A stretch of DNA of 64,000 nt, taken from Styela clava. Lineage: Eukaryota. This document shows positions 1-21,957 of this stretch, in pieces; the first letter of the stretch is position 1, and the number at the start of each line of letters is the position of its first letter. Location of the stretch: assembly GCF_964204865.1 (NCBI RefSeq), contig NC_135251.1, positions 24,366,001 to 24,430,000 on the forward strand, written 5' to 3'. A program made the translations under genes and the position numbers. Below the pieces are notes generated by a model. The model was not told where the DNA came from. It did not search any database and saw only the letters and a program-made list of their open reading frames with translations.

Positions 1-320
1 TTATATGGAAATGAGGATTTTTCCAAATATCCAAAATTTGTCCTAATAATAAAGTAGATTTTCTAATCAAGTTGAAAACTTGTAAAATTGGTTATACTCA
101 GTACAATTAAAAAAGATTTGTGAAGTTCATGGTTTTAGGTATAAATTGCAATATTAACGTTCAAGAAAATTGTTATTTTGAGCAAGTCTATGCAAATACC
201 TGGTTAACTATTCCCGTACCCGATATAGACTGGTAACTGTACGAGAGATTGTGGTTAATTATGGTGTTGAATTTTATTTTTTTAAATTGTTATATGCATA
301 TGACGCTAATACTTGTTTAG

Positions 321-9456
<9,136 letters not shown>

Positions 9457-9898
9457 ACTGTGATAAGATATTGTCCTGAATAATACCTAAATCAAAAAAA
9501 AAATAGATTTATTAGCATTTTCTATCTGATATCTGGCAGTGTGAGCACATAAACTACGGGCTTCATGTGGCTTGAAATCATATGAAGTTGTCAGTGTGAA
9601 CAATGTTATTATATAGTCATTCTTGCTCTCTTCCATTCTAATATAAGACATCGTGGATCCAGTACCTCTGGTGTAAATGGTTTTATAAAATCCAATTTAT
9701 GTTCCACTTTGCGTTTGACTTTTGTTTTGGTAAAAGCATTATGCATTGGGTGTCAATATTGGCGAATGTTGCTAGAAGCCATTGTTCAGGAAAAAAAAGG
9801 TATTCAGTTGTTGAGAAATGAATCAATCTCCAGTGCAGTGGCTGTCAAACTTTTTCAGCTTGTGGCAAAACTCTAAAAATCTTGTCGCACATTCTATT

Positions 9899-10862
9899 TA
9901 GGCTTACCATATTTCTAAAGCAAAAAAACGGAACTGCGCGGATCGGACAAGCCAACCTAGGTTCGATTCCAGAGGCTTGGTAATAGTTTAAACGTTTTCC
10001 ATACCACTGTGGGCAGATTACGGGCATCAAAATTAGCTGTAAATCCTAATAAAATATCCAATATTGGTCTTTGCTTCAAATAATAGAAATCATTAGAAAA
10101 CATGCACTTTGTTTGCGGCTTTTCAAGGATTCAACGACAGTACAGTTGGGTGGTAAAATAACGTATCATGACTAGGGCTGGGAATGATTAACCGGTTAAC
10201 CAATTTTAGATGGTTAACGGTTACGATTTATTTTAACCGATAACTGACATCTCGGGTACAAATCATTTTTATACTGTACAATTTCTTCAAAAATGATTGA
10301 GTCATCGCAAATTTATCTCCTGCGGCATTTAATTCAAAAAAATATCACTAACTGTGTGGGTACCAATAAATGTGAAAAACAACCAAGTACCAAGATTGCT
10401 TATTCTGAAAATTTACAATAATAAAGGCAGAATCGATTTTCGGTCAAAATATATTTTCCACAATTTTATTGCAGAATCGTATATTCAATGTCATCCAACA
10501 AGTGCGCAGATGATGCCGTTTTTCTTTATATCTCGAAGTAGAATTTGTACATCGAACACTGTCACAAAACATTGTCACATAAATGACGTTTGATAACAGA
10601 ATCGAGTTTTCTGAAATACATCCACGTGTCCGAACAACGCTGCATAACTCTTGCAGAAGAGCAATCATGTTCTATCTCGAATCGTGAATAATTTTGAGCG
10701 ATATCGGGGTAAGATCAAGCGAAATTGCTTTCTAACCATTGTGACGTAACACGCTTAAATTATTACGTCAAACGTCACGCTACGGTTAAAGTGTTTTCAC
10801 TGAAATTCCCAGCCCTAATCATGACATAACAATTTTTCTCTCTATCTGAACTAGTGAAGTGA
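9899..10862 (+). mobile_element. Partial copy of the TAGGCTTACCATA hAT-type MITE family, interrupted by another MITE
   Basis: 9899-10150 aligns by eye with 13909-14165, and similarity resumes after 10825 (aactagtgaagtga). Confidence 0.65.
10173..10817. mobile_element. hAT-type MITE (nested)
   Basis: TIR TAGGGCTGGGAAT...ATTCCCAGCCCTA with a perfect TSD atcatgac. Confidence 0.9.
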
Positions 10863-11237
10863 CCCACATTCTCTGGCCTTGAAGAGATAAATACACCCGC
10901 TTATTTGTTATTGCTCTTCTGTCGAACTGGCTCATTTCTTCGGCGTGAGCCAGCCTTTTCTGAATACTGTAGTCTTTAATAAAAGAGCACTTCGAATTGG
11001 TTAAATAATGAATATCTATACTTTTGTGTTCAACGCTTTCCCATCAAATAACCTATGCGCTATGTTTATTAATAAAAATCCCTCAAACGAAAGAACCGAT
11101 ATATATATAGGCTGAAATGGATGTAAAAAATACTATTATTTTACATTGTAGAAATATTGGTTGTATATCCTGATTGGTTTGTTATTAGTTGAAAGGAAAC
11201 AAGGAACCAACCCGCAATTTTTCAAGATATTGGGACT

Positions 11238-11430
11238 GGTTCCATTACATTTGAACCCACGTACATTTGAACCCATGACAATTGCACCTGTAGGCCTATG
11301 CTATTGCACCTATGGAATTTTTTTTGTTTCACGGATAGTTAAACCCATACTAACCCTAACCCATGGGTTTTAGCACCCGCATATAGATTGAACCCGTGGA
11401 TATACCCATGGGTTCAAATGTACGGTCACC
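11238..11430. mobile_element. Short MITE-like element with TTGAACCC repeats and an internal TAACCCTAACCC
   Basis: Imperfect inverted ends ggttccattacatttgaaccca and tgggttcaaatgtacggtcacc. Confidence 0.55.
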
Positions 11431-11948
11431 ATTGGAACTAAATGTAGTTTGGGCGCTCAAATACGTTATTGGAATATTGTGCAATGAAGTACAGTACTTT
11501 GACTGCAGTAATGTACGAACGCCTGTATTTGGATGTTTATTCAAGCGTTTTCTAGCTATATCTTCCACAGAAATAATTTCATCGTCGATGAAGGTTGCGT
11601 TCGCTACATCGGCAATACAGCCTTATCTTTATGACCTGTTACGAAACGTGTGGGAATATACAAATGTTGTGTTACTTTGGAATATAAATAGCAAAACAAG
11701 GGGTCTATGTAAACACCGTCTTTTGCATTGTCATTATGCGAGCCTGATGTATTTAGAGCGCGAACGTAACATTGTCTGCATCTCATAGCTTATTCGTGAT
11801 TGGAAAAGTCAGTTTGAGGCTTTCTCACTCGACAAGACGCTTTACGCGATCACACTCATTACCGACTGGGGTGTTCTTCTCTTTCGTATCTGCGTAAATC
11901 ATGAATATATAAATGAAATTATTGGTAAAAGCAAAGTATTCGAAGAAG

Positions 11949-14509
11949 ATGAAACAGAAGATTGGGTTCGTGGTGCTTCTTCAGGCCTTACAGGTCTTGG
12001 CGGCGCCTGAGCTGATGTCACAATGTGATGGGAGTGTTACGGTATGTGAAGGAATCGTCATAAAATCTTTTCATTCGTATAAAATAGTCTAATTAACAAG
12101 ACTAAAGCCTATTGGTTGTGAATACACGTAACACTTTTTAGAGAAATATTTTTGCATGGAAATTATATTGAAAAAATATATCATTGTGAATGAACGAAAA
12201 TTAGCCGCTAACTCAGTATATTCGACGAAAATGTTTTCTTGGTGCAACAAAAGCGGAAAGTTCAGACAAACAATGCTTTTGTTATAAGTGTGTACATACA
12301 ACCACTTTAATAAAAAAACTTAATAAGAAATACAAATCGGCAACATTTGCTTTTAAATGACATATTTACACTCAACTAACTCAATCAAATATTCCAAAGG
12401 AATCCGTTTATTCTTACAATGTAAATACATTGGATGATCAAGCAGTGGATTTGGGTCTGTTCAACGGATCGATTGCTGTTATCATGAACTCAGCATGCTT
12501 CTGAGGTTTAACACCGACCATGCTACCCGGCATGAATGCACTTCTCACGGTGAGTATATTTACCCTTTGAGTAATCATTCCAAGATGCATAATATTCAAG
12601 CCACCCCCAAATACCACTAGTACATTACATGCAAAATTTAAAAAAAATCTGCTATATTGCAATGAAAAAATGAGAACAACCAGATGCCGAACAGTTTTGA
12701 ACCGCAGAAAGGATAATTTTTTAAATTCATAAATCGCAATGAAACGTTTCTATTCTATTCGGTGGTGATTCCAGTTATTACATAAAATTTAGAAATCTAT
12801 TGTCTAAAGCCCCTGCCAACGCTCAAAACAAGAAAGTTAGTAATTATCCAGTCAGGGTTAGGAATGCAGGTTGAGCTGGAAATTCAAATTTTCTAATCAT
12901 AGCTGACCCTAACCCCAACTGGATAATTTGGTATTTTAAAACTTTGCGGGAGTGTTTTTCAAACTTTTCAAACATTAGTGGCGGAGGTTGGTACAAAATA
13001 TACAAATTGTCGATACGCTAACTTATATGCTAGTGTACATGGCACATCAATCAAAATGAAATATGTCTAGTCAAAATGACTAGTCGACAGCGCATACATA
13101 GTTTAAATAATAGTGGCCTTTTTTAACAGAAATATGAGGAAGCCGGAGTAGTTGGTCTAGGGTTCCCCTGTAACCAATTCAAAAAACAAGAGCCAGGGAG
13201 GCCCGATGAAGTGATGAATTGTTACGAGTTTGTTCGTCCAGGGGAAAGTTGGGCACCACACAACTTGTACAACATCTTTGGTAAAGTCGACGTCAACGGA
13301 GTATCGGCGCACTCACTTTATAAATTCTTAAAGGTACTTTACTTTGTTTATGTTCAATTTTCAATACGCTGCGTGCGTTCTCGTAAGCTAACTGCGACCT
13401 TCCTATATCTGATACAGCACCTGATAAACTCCCTTTCAATATAATCACCATTTGGCGTGACACCGATACAGAAATATGACTTAAATGAAGGTTAAAAACG
13501 ATAAAGTGGTATAATTTAATATTTGGTTGTTTTCCGCAAAACCTTGAAGCAGTCATGTGGATATACTTAGATAATCATAAAATTCTTGGTAACTGTATAC
13601 CTATGGCATTCAATGCTAAATTTTCTTAATAAATTCTTCTATTGCAACAAGGCTTCTTGTCCCGCGGTAACAGAGAACATCGGTAATAGACAACTGATGT
13701 ATTGGGATGATATAGATGCTCGCGATGTCACATGGAACTACGGAAAGTTTCTCATCGACTCTACCGGAAAACCAAGGTAATTCATATGACTGGAGATTTC
13801 AAATCAGAACCGGTTATTCGATGTCTGAAGCTAAAAAATTGAAAAAATAGGTTGATTACGCTTCCACTCGAAGACTTTTGACACTTAGTAATTCAGTTGC
13901 TCTATTCATAGGCTTACCATATATCTGAGACAAAATAAAGGGGCAGTACGGATGGGACGAGCCAACCTTGGCTCGATTCTGAGGCTTAGTAATAGTTTAA
14001 TCTGTTTCCATGCCTTTGTGGGTATATTACGGTCGTCAAAATTAGCTGTGAATCATATTAAAATATCCGCTATTGGTTTTGCCTTCAATAATGGAAATCC
14101 CCTTTCAACACACTTTAGAAAACTTGTTTTTTTTTGGCATTTTGATGATTCAGCGACAGTACGGTCGGGTGTTAACGCATGGCTCATACTTTATATCATA
14201 ACTATGGCAATATAATCTAAACTAGTGAAGTGAGTTGCAAAGCGGTGGTAAATCAGCTACCTCAGTTATAAAAAAGTTTGTATCATTATTAAATGAGAAA
14301 TTGTTGTCATACTGCATGGACGGGACATTTAGGTCAACCGGCCGGGACGGCGGGACAACATGCTAAAATCGGGACGTATGGTAAGACTATCTATTCAGTT
14401 ACATATCCCATTATTTTTCAGGTATCGATTCGGACCTACCGTTACACTTGATCAGCTCTACCCGTATGTAGATGAGCTTATTGAAGAACGAGATGATATG
14501 ACCAAGTAA
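11949..14509 (+). CDS. GPX: Secreted selenocysteine glutathione peroxidase (GPx3-like). Exons 11949-12041, 12400-12549, 13130-13333, 13652-13776, 14422-14509; Sec codon TGA at 12502-12504
   Basis: Signal-peptide-like N-terminus MKQKIGFVVLLQALQVLA, then NSACF-U-GLT, GFPCNQF..QEPG, VRPG, FGKVDVNG and WNYGKFLID. All splice phases are compatible and a SECIS lies downstream. An alternative in-frame ATG is at 11913. Confidence 0.93.
13909..14389. mobile_element. hAT-type MITE in the last GPx intron
   Basis: TIR TAGGCTTACCATA...TATGGTAAGACTA with a perfect TSD tctattca. Confidence 0.88.
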
Positions 14510-14625
14510 ATGTGATGATTTGACCCCGAAAATATATTATTAATTGTTATCTTTCATAATTTACATCTCAAAGGCATTCATTCAACTTCAAGTTATGAAA
14601 TAATATCTGACGAATTTAACCGCCT

Positions 14626-14680
14626 GCATTCATGAAGGCAGAATCTTAAACGTTTTGCGTTGGTTTTGTCTGACAAATGT
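14626..14680 (+). promoter_or_regulatory. SECIS element (type 2-like) in the GPx 3' UTR
   Basis: Helix I gcatt/aatgt; core ATGA(A)...(T)GA; helix II GGCAGAATC/GGTTTTGTC; apical AAA; mini-stem acg-ttttg-cgt. AATAAA follows at 14785. Confidence 0.88.
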
Positions 14681-14931
14681 CCTATTTCGGCCAGCACTTG
14701 TGCATTCGTGCGTGTCGATACGGCATTGCAGGTAGCTCTGTCGAGATGTGTTTCTATAATTTGAGGCTGTGCCAATTGAGATTTAATAAAATCAAATCAC
14801 TATTTGTCTGAAAATCTGTGTGAAGACGGGTTCATTGTAGCCAGATCGATAGGACGCATGTCACTGTGGGTGAAGGGGAGGGCGACACAGAATGAACAGT
14901 AGGAACTACAAAATAATTGGTGTCACAAATA

Positions 14932-15183
14932 TAGACAAGAGAGCTATGCTCAAATATATGGACACGTAGCGCCACCCAGCGGGAATAATTTTGATGACGT
15001 CATAGCCTTCTGGAGAAAAATTTTATCTTCAACCACTGAAAATTTCAAAGCAATTGGTCCAGTATTCGAAGAGAAAAGCGATTTCTTCAAAACGTGTCAA
15101 AGAACAAGGACACTAAGAACAACAATAAGAACAACAACAACATAATAGTAAAACGAGCGCTATGTCCACTACGTGTCCAATAA
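14932..15183 (+). mobile_element. Short dispersed repeat, possibly Helentron/DINE-like; a related copy is at ~20397-20765
   Basis: Starts ACAAGAG, has an inverted ggacacg/cgtgtcc pair and an (AAC)n tract near the 3' end. The second copy shares acaagag..ctcaaatatat and aacaacaacataata. The family assignment is inference. Confidence 0.5.
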
Positions 15184-17486
15184 CAGCATCGTATATATAT
15201 ATATGTATATATATAAAGATCCCAGACATATTTCAATGATAACCACGTAAGATATATATATATATATCCTGCATTCTGGAAAAGTACTAAATTCCAACAA
15301 ATTTGTAATTTGGCGGATGTGTTAAGTTTTGGTTAACAGTCAATTGCGAATTAGACAAGTATATTTACCTTGATATAACGCAAAAAGAAAGACTCTGACT
15401 AAAATTTACAGATGTGTGTAGACAACGACCCGCACTAGACAACTTTTCTTGATTCTCGCGCGTCCATAATTATTGGGCCAATGTATCGTTTGGCTGAAAT
15501 GTTTTTTTTTTCGTTATTGTTGGAGAAAAATCGCTTTTATCCGCAAACAATGGAACAATCGACCACATTTCTATGCTTGAAGATTGTTGAAGTCGCTGTA
15601 AGGATATACTGTATATTACTTTTTATAATTTCGTATGGGGCGTGTTTGCAGGAAATTTTTCTGGTTAATTTAAATTTATGTGAAATTTAATATGGAGTAT
15701 AGAAAAACTTTATAACGTCAACCTTGTCTGCCTTCATCACGCTTGTCTACCAATCTTGTCTGCAAACTTGGTTTTGATGCTAAGCTAGAACGCCGAACCG
15801 TACCGGCACGGATGATCTTCATGTCCGTATATTTTATCATATTACTTTCGCTTAATTATCGGTCTGTATGCAAGTGTTATTTTTATGTCTGATGTATCTT
15901 ATTTGAGCTCTAAGCCAAATATTGGCAGCTTGTCTTCTAGCTCCCAACAAAATGCATCAAATTCCATTGGAAAGATGTTTCAAGATGTTTTAATTTTACA
16001 TACAATTATTAGCGCTTCGATGATTGGTTGCAACTAACTTTTTTGTGACTTTTTGACAATGTGTAAAAATTAAAAATACATACAAGTAATATATATATTC
16101 ATAATTAATAATACAAACAGTTATTTATGCGAATGTTCAAATAAATAAATATTTTAATAATACTCATACAAGTGTCAAATATACACAAAAAAATTTATTA
16201 AAATAGCACAGGCTTTTGATTTCAATTTTATCATTATGAAAATAAACTCAATTTGCTGAATGATTGGCTAGGTAAAATTGCCAAGATTTTTTTGCATATC
16301 GCATATGGTATAAGAATTAGTAAATTACGAATAAATACTATTTGCTTAAATTTTGTATTCATATACAAATGTGGTATTTATCATAGGCATTCATATCAGG
16401 TATTCAGATAAACATATGATGAATTTAAATACCGCTGGAAATGCCATAAAAGTTCCATTGTCCTGAATATTTTAATTTATCTTCAATGACAATGCGAACC
16501 GGTAATTTTGCATAATCTCCGATGACGGAAGTTGAATAAATAAATTCTATATTCAAATGAACTCGGAAAGTTTTATTATTTTTATTTTTAAATAAACTTA
16601 TTATTAAAGCCAGCTCCATTATTATATTTAAATTCAGAGCAACGCTCTGTACAAACTGGTATAATATTTGTACCACTTGTTGAGTTCAAATTTCAGTGAA
16701 AACTTCAATCGTTTTTAAAAAGTAATTCTAAGCGCACCACTCATCAGACAACTATATTACCATACACAAAAAACTCAGCATCACTGATGCAATAACTATC
16801 ATCCTATCATCCCTTATCAAAATGTCTGTTTGTGCGCGTTTGAATTGGTGTCTTTAAACCAATTGTTTGTAAAAACTCTATTTTTAATTACGCCGTCTCA
16901 TATGCATTGAATTGACAAATTCAATTTTCGGATGTAAAATTACGCTGCAAATACCTGCAATTATAAATTTGTTTTGATTTGAATTATAAAAACACAAGCG
17001 GAAATATGCAAAATTACCCAACACACAACAAACAAAAAATTTAAATTTCAAACAATTGCACATACCGTGCCATCTGGTATTAATCGTGTCAGGCAACTAG
17101 GAAGCTTTGCTTTATGAAAATTTCTGAAGGCGATGCAACATAATAGATTTGTTAATTTGAACGACAGCAGCTAATATACTGAAAAATATTCTTGCTTCCA
17201 GCACAAAAAACTTCGTATTTGGTTTTAGCAACTCCATTTGTAATCAGTTGAAAATGGACGGAAAAACGATATTAAACCCAATAATATTTGTACCTTCTTG
17301 ACCCCACTATAGCTTCCAAATATGACATTTTTTTAGTATTAAGTAAATTTACAACGATATTGGGTTTCTAATATTTTCCTTGTGGAGAAGTGATTCATAG
17401 TAGATATGAACCCAGTACTTGACACGCAATGTGCGGCTGGGGACTCTGAGACTAATGTATAATAATTAACAACAATCGCTTATTTC

Positions 17487-17876
17487 TAGGGCTGGGCATT
17501 TTCGAATACCTGATGATTTCAGAATTGATCGAATTATTTTTTCGAATCGAATCGAATCTCGAATACTTGGAAGGTATGAAATTGTATGTAACTTTCTTAT
17601 CATTTTAGGTCCTCCAGACACATAAATTACTGAAAACATAGAATACATCACTGACAATAAAAAAACACGTTTTCATCAATACCTCAATACAGAAAAGAGT
17701 CATATGTCAGAATTGTGTTGAAAAAATATGGCTTCAATCAAAAAAAATTGAGAAATTTACCTCGACCATTGGTAGAAAGAGTGAAACAAGATGGCGGCGA
17801 TTCGAAAATTTGCTCTAAACCGATTCGAATAATTTTCGATTCGATTCGAATATTCGATTCGAAATGCCCAGCCCTA
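17487..17876. mobile_element. hAT-type MITE
   Basis: TIR TAGGGCTGGGCATTT...AAATGCCCAGCCCTA, perfect TSD cttatttc, TTCGAA-rich subtermini. Confidence 0.9.
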
Positions 17877-18496
17877 CTTATTTCCAAATCTAAAATGGTA
17901 ATTTAGCAATCTACATTTCCAGTATTATGGAGTTTAAAATGAGAATGACACAACCGATCTTTGGATATAATGCAATGAAAGCATGTACATATAACCACCT
18001 ACTTTGAACGTACGAACACATTTGACTAAATCTCGACATTATCATGACTGGAAAAATTGTTGATGTTAGTGTAATTTGTATGAAGATTGTTTAGAAAAAA
18101 TATATATATACATTAGATCTCAATATTAAAAAGTATTCCGTGTAGGTTTTAAGAAAATGGTTTTCGGTTAGCAAGCCAACCCTCGCTATGAACCAGGAAT
18201 TAACCTCAAATGGTCTGTTGGGAAATATTACCAATACAAATTTTTGTTCTCAAACAATTCCCATACATGATTTTGTAAAATAAAATATGTTACAAAATTT
18301 GAATACGAAAGTAGAGAACCTTTATCTATCAAAGTATGGACCAATTGTCCGCTATAGATCTTTTAATATTCTAGGGAAGACTTCTGAAAAACGAATCATT
18401 CACTTGCACATTCCCCACAATGTGCTATTGTCTTATTGGCGATAAACAATAATGCCAAACAATTCCCCAAATGATGCAAAATAGTGGATTGTAGTG

Positions 18497-18581
18497 TATA
18501 AATAGTGGAATGCGACAACAGCAATCCACTTCGAGAAGATATTGCCTTTACTACACGTAGTTTTGAAACATAAAGATACAG
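18497..18581 (+). promoter_or_regulatory. TATA box and non-coding exon 1 of peptide gene A
   Basis: gtataaatag, then a leader conserved with paralog B (caacagcaatccacttcgagaagatattg), ending at the donor cag|gtatgt. Confidence 0.7.
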
Positions 18582-19039
18582 GTATGTATATTAACAAAAT
18601 ATTTCGTTAGCATGTTGAATTACATTCGTGTTACAGTAAATATTGCCAGTCGTCATTTGCTGTAGGCCAACTTGACAGTAAATAAACCCAGATAATAAAT
18701 GTTCACTATGTTTGTGTGTTGCGTGGTATGTTCTATATTTTCAACTAGTGGAAAAAACAACATTTCAGGCTTAACACAGACAGACCACATTAAACAGAAA
18801 AGACACGTGAAGATTTTTCGACAATTATCTCTTCGATTACATCGGTTCAATTTCACTTTTGTGATGCATCAACTAGATCAAGCATCAAACTAGATCAATC
18901 ACTAGATGATGCTTTGATCAAGTTTCTTCGCGTTAATCTAAATACAATTTAGTTTATTGGTATTAGTCAAACATTGACGTCGTCCAAGAGAAATTATACA
19001 TGGCCATTAATTTTATTTATATCACAACAGGTTTGCAAA

Positions 19040-20027
19040 ATGAAGCTGGTTATTGCCCTTGTTCTTGTTGCAATTTTTGCATTCGAGGAGAGTGACGCAC
19101 GATACGTAAGTAGAGGAGCCTACAATATTCAAGTTCGACAAGTCGCGTACTGGAGAAATCGTTACAGCGCACTTGCTAGAAGTTACAATGCACTCGCAAG
19201 TAGATGCAGAACTGTGAGTTACACCCGGTACAACAGACTACTTGCAGGATACCGCAAACTGGTGGCGTTCGTGAATCGCATGCGTGTCGCATCTCACAAT
19301 ATGCATAACACTCACAGGTAGGATTGCTAGGTCTAAAATTGACCAATTGTTTCAATATTGGATTCTTGTTTGTATTAATCAAAGTCGAATAAATACATAT
19401 TATACCGATGAAAGACGTGATGCCGAATCATCAGTTATTTAAATAAATTATTCAAATCTCTCGTCCTTTATATATACATTCCGCCAAAAGTACTCGATAC
19501 TTTAGGATTCCACATTCCTGGGCTAATTCACATCAACAAAATAATTGGTAAATAATCTAAGAATCAATAATTTTATTATATCATGAAATCTCTCGCAAAT
19601 TTCTAAAAAAATTTAACAGACGTATTGCCGGTGGAGACGAAGACATGCCAGAAATGCAGCTTGTTGAGGTATAGTCTATTTATATAGAATAAGTTAGTAA
19701 AATGTTGATGGAATCATTTACAAAATTCGTTCAAATATAATAATGTTTTATTTGTACGCGAAGGGTGAAGGTCAAATATTATAAATCACAATACACGAGT
19801 GATGGGTAACTTATATACATCTATATACAGGACTCAGAAGACATGAATGAACTCCTGAATTTGCTTCCTGAATTCAACGAAGATGTCGACGACCTCCCTG
19901 CCTTGAGTAAGACAGAAAATATTTTCAGAATTCATTTTATTGCCGTAAACCCCTTATTTATTTATTTATTTTACTTTCAGCCGAAGAGGTCGAACAAGAT
20001 GAAGAAATTGAGAAATCCGAAGACTAA
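19040..20027 (+). CDS. Secreted cationic/anionic peptide precursor A, 149 aa, antimicrobial-peptide-like. Exons 19040-19317, 19620-19668, 19831-19906, 19981-20027
   Basis: Signal MKLVIALVLVAIFAFEESDA, then an R/Y-rich segment RYVSRGAYN...THRRIAGG, then an acidic tail DEDMPEM...EKSED*. Splice sites and phases are identical in the paralog. Confidence 0.88.
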
Positions 20028-21499
20028 TCGATTTTTCCAGGCAAGCATAGATGACAGAAAAATTGCAACTGAAACTGTGATTCGTATATGTGCTGCTCAT
20101 TTGGTTATTGTTAATTTAGTGCAAAATAAACAGATCCATCTTTTGATGATGTTTATCCTATAATCCAGATCGACTTAAAAAATTTAATAATTGATTGGAT
20201 TCTTTGTAATTTTTTTTCGAGGTGGGGGTCGTCGAGGCATGGCGAAGGCGAATATATATATATGTATTTATAAGGTGGATATACACGTGTAATTATCTGC
20301 AGACACATGTTAGTCCGGGCATTTCATATCTGATATCCTCGACAAAATCAAACCCAAAATTGCAAGTGTTAGGTAAAAACACATTAAGTGTTATTAAGAC
20401 AAGAGAATGATTCTCAAATATATAGTCACGAATGCCAAAACATTTCACATCAACGGCAGCTTATCCTCAGCTTAACAAAACAGGTATCGGAAAACTTTCT
20501 CGTAGCACAATTTCGCAAAATCAACACGGAAGAGAGTCGTCACACTTTGCGGATCAATAACGGGGTTCCCATTAAAAAAATAATATACAGTAAAATTTAG
20601 GATGAAATATCAGTCGTTATTGGATTTATATAAAATTTAGAAGAAAATAAAAGTCAACAATCTTTAATCACTGAATATTTCAATTAACAAGAAGAAAATA
20701 CCAACAAGAAGATCAACAACAACATAATAACAAAACGCCCCATACATACCTTTCTTGTCCAACAAATAGCAAAATAAACAAACTTAAATACAGCTTAAAT
20801 GGTGTATAGTACATTTTATGCCAAACCCAAACTAAAATCAGAATGTACGCGGAGTACAAACAACTGCGCTGCTAATTAGTAACTATGACATGCTAGTAGT
20901 TGACGTTAGACATAATTTACTGATTGACGTGACCATGGATTTCGAAACACTGATGAGAAGATTGTGATCAGCTCCCAATATTTCGGCGCTGTTTTTACCA
21001 ATAAGTCGAGTAAAAACTGCAAAACTGCAAAACAGGTTGCCAACATGTGCAACGATGCAAAAGCAGTCCATGTAATTCAAATTCCCATCAATCGCTTGCA
21101 GAGCGATGAGTATATTTCAGGTTTGAAGTAATATAAAGTTGAAAGTTCAAAATGAATTATAAAGTTATGGTTTACACCGACATTCAATGGATGGTGCCCA
21201 CTCCCAGGCCTTTCTTTGTTTATATCTGTAAAAAAGGAAATCAGCAGTAAGTCAACAATTGTAATTTGAACTGCCGCTCAGACATTCTTCCGCTCAGACG
21301 CATGGTTTGTCAGCATTGTTGTTTCCCCGACCTTTGACCCTAGGCAAATTCTCTCTATACTTTAGCCTTACGAATGTTTTCATGCTTATTATGGAATTGT
21401 TTTAGTGAGTTAGCGCTTACAAACTGGTTAAATGATAAAAAACGTCAAATATTAATAAAAAAAATATTTAACCACGTGTCGCTTAATTTAAGGTATTGG

Positions 21500-21957
21500 T
21501 AGGCTTACCATACGTCCCGCTTTTCAGCGTTTTGTCCCGCCGTCCCGATAAGTCAGCCAAAAGTCCCGCTTTTCCAGCATAATACACAAACATGTTCTCG
21601 TTACTGTTGTTTCTGTGTAGCGCAGCGCTAGCCTACTTACTGAAGATGAATGCGTTCGTTTTCTGCTGATTCCCATTGATGGCAGACGTATCGCATGTAA
21701 AACCAATACTAATTAGTCTAAATTCGAATTATTTGTACCGGTATCGTTAACGTCAATTCCTTCCTATTTTTCGAACTGAACCCGATATTTGGACAGAGAA
21801 TATGCGCATGAAATTCCGATAACAATATGGTCAATAAACACAGCCGAGATAGCTTTAAATGTAGGAATGTAGGCCTATGTAGTAAAATCGGAAAATGTGA
21901 AGTTATGAAAACACAGCTAAGGGGTCGTTGTCTTTCGAGAAAAATATGGTAACCCTA
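21500..21957. mobile_element. hAT-type MITE
   Basis: TIR TAGGCTTACCATA...TATGGTAACCCTA, perfect TSD ggtattgg, GTCCCG subterminal repeats. Confidence 0.88.

Noticed and set aside
9955-9980. tRNA gene suggested by the B-box-like GGTTCGATTCC
   Set aside because: No cloverleaf or A-box; it lies within a MITE whose other copy reads ggctcgattct.
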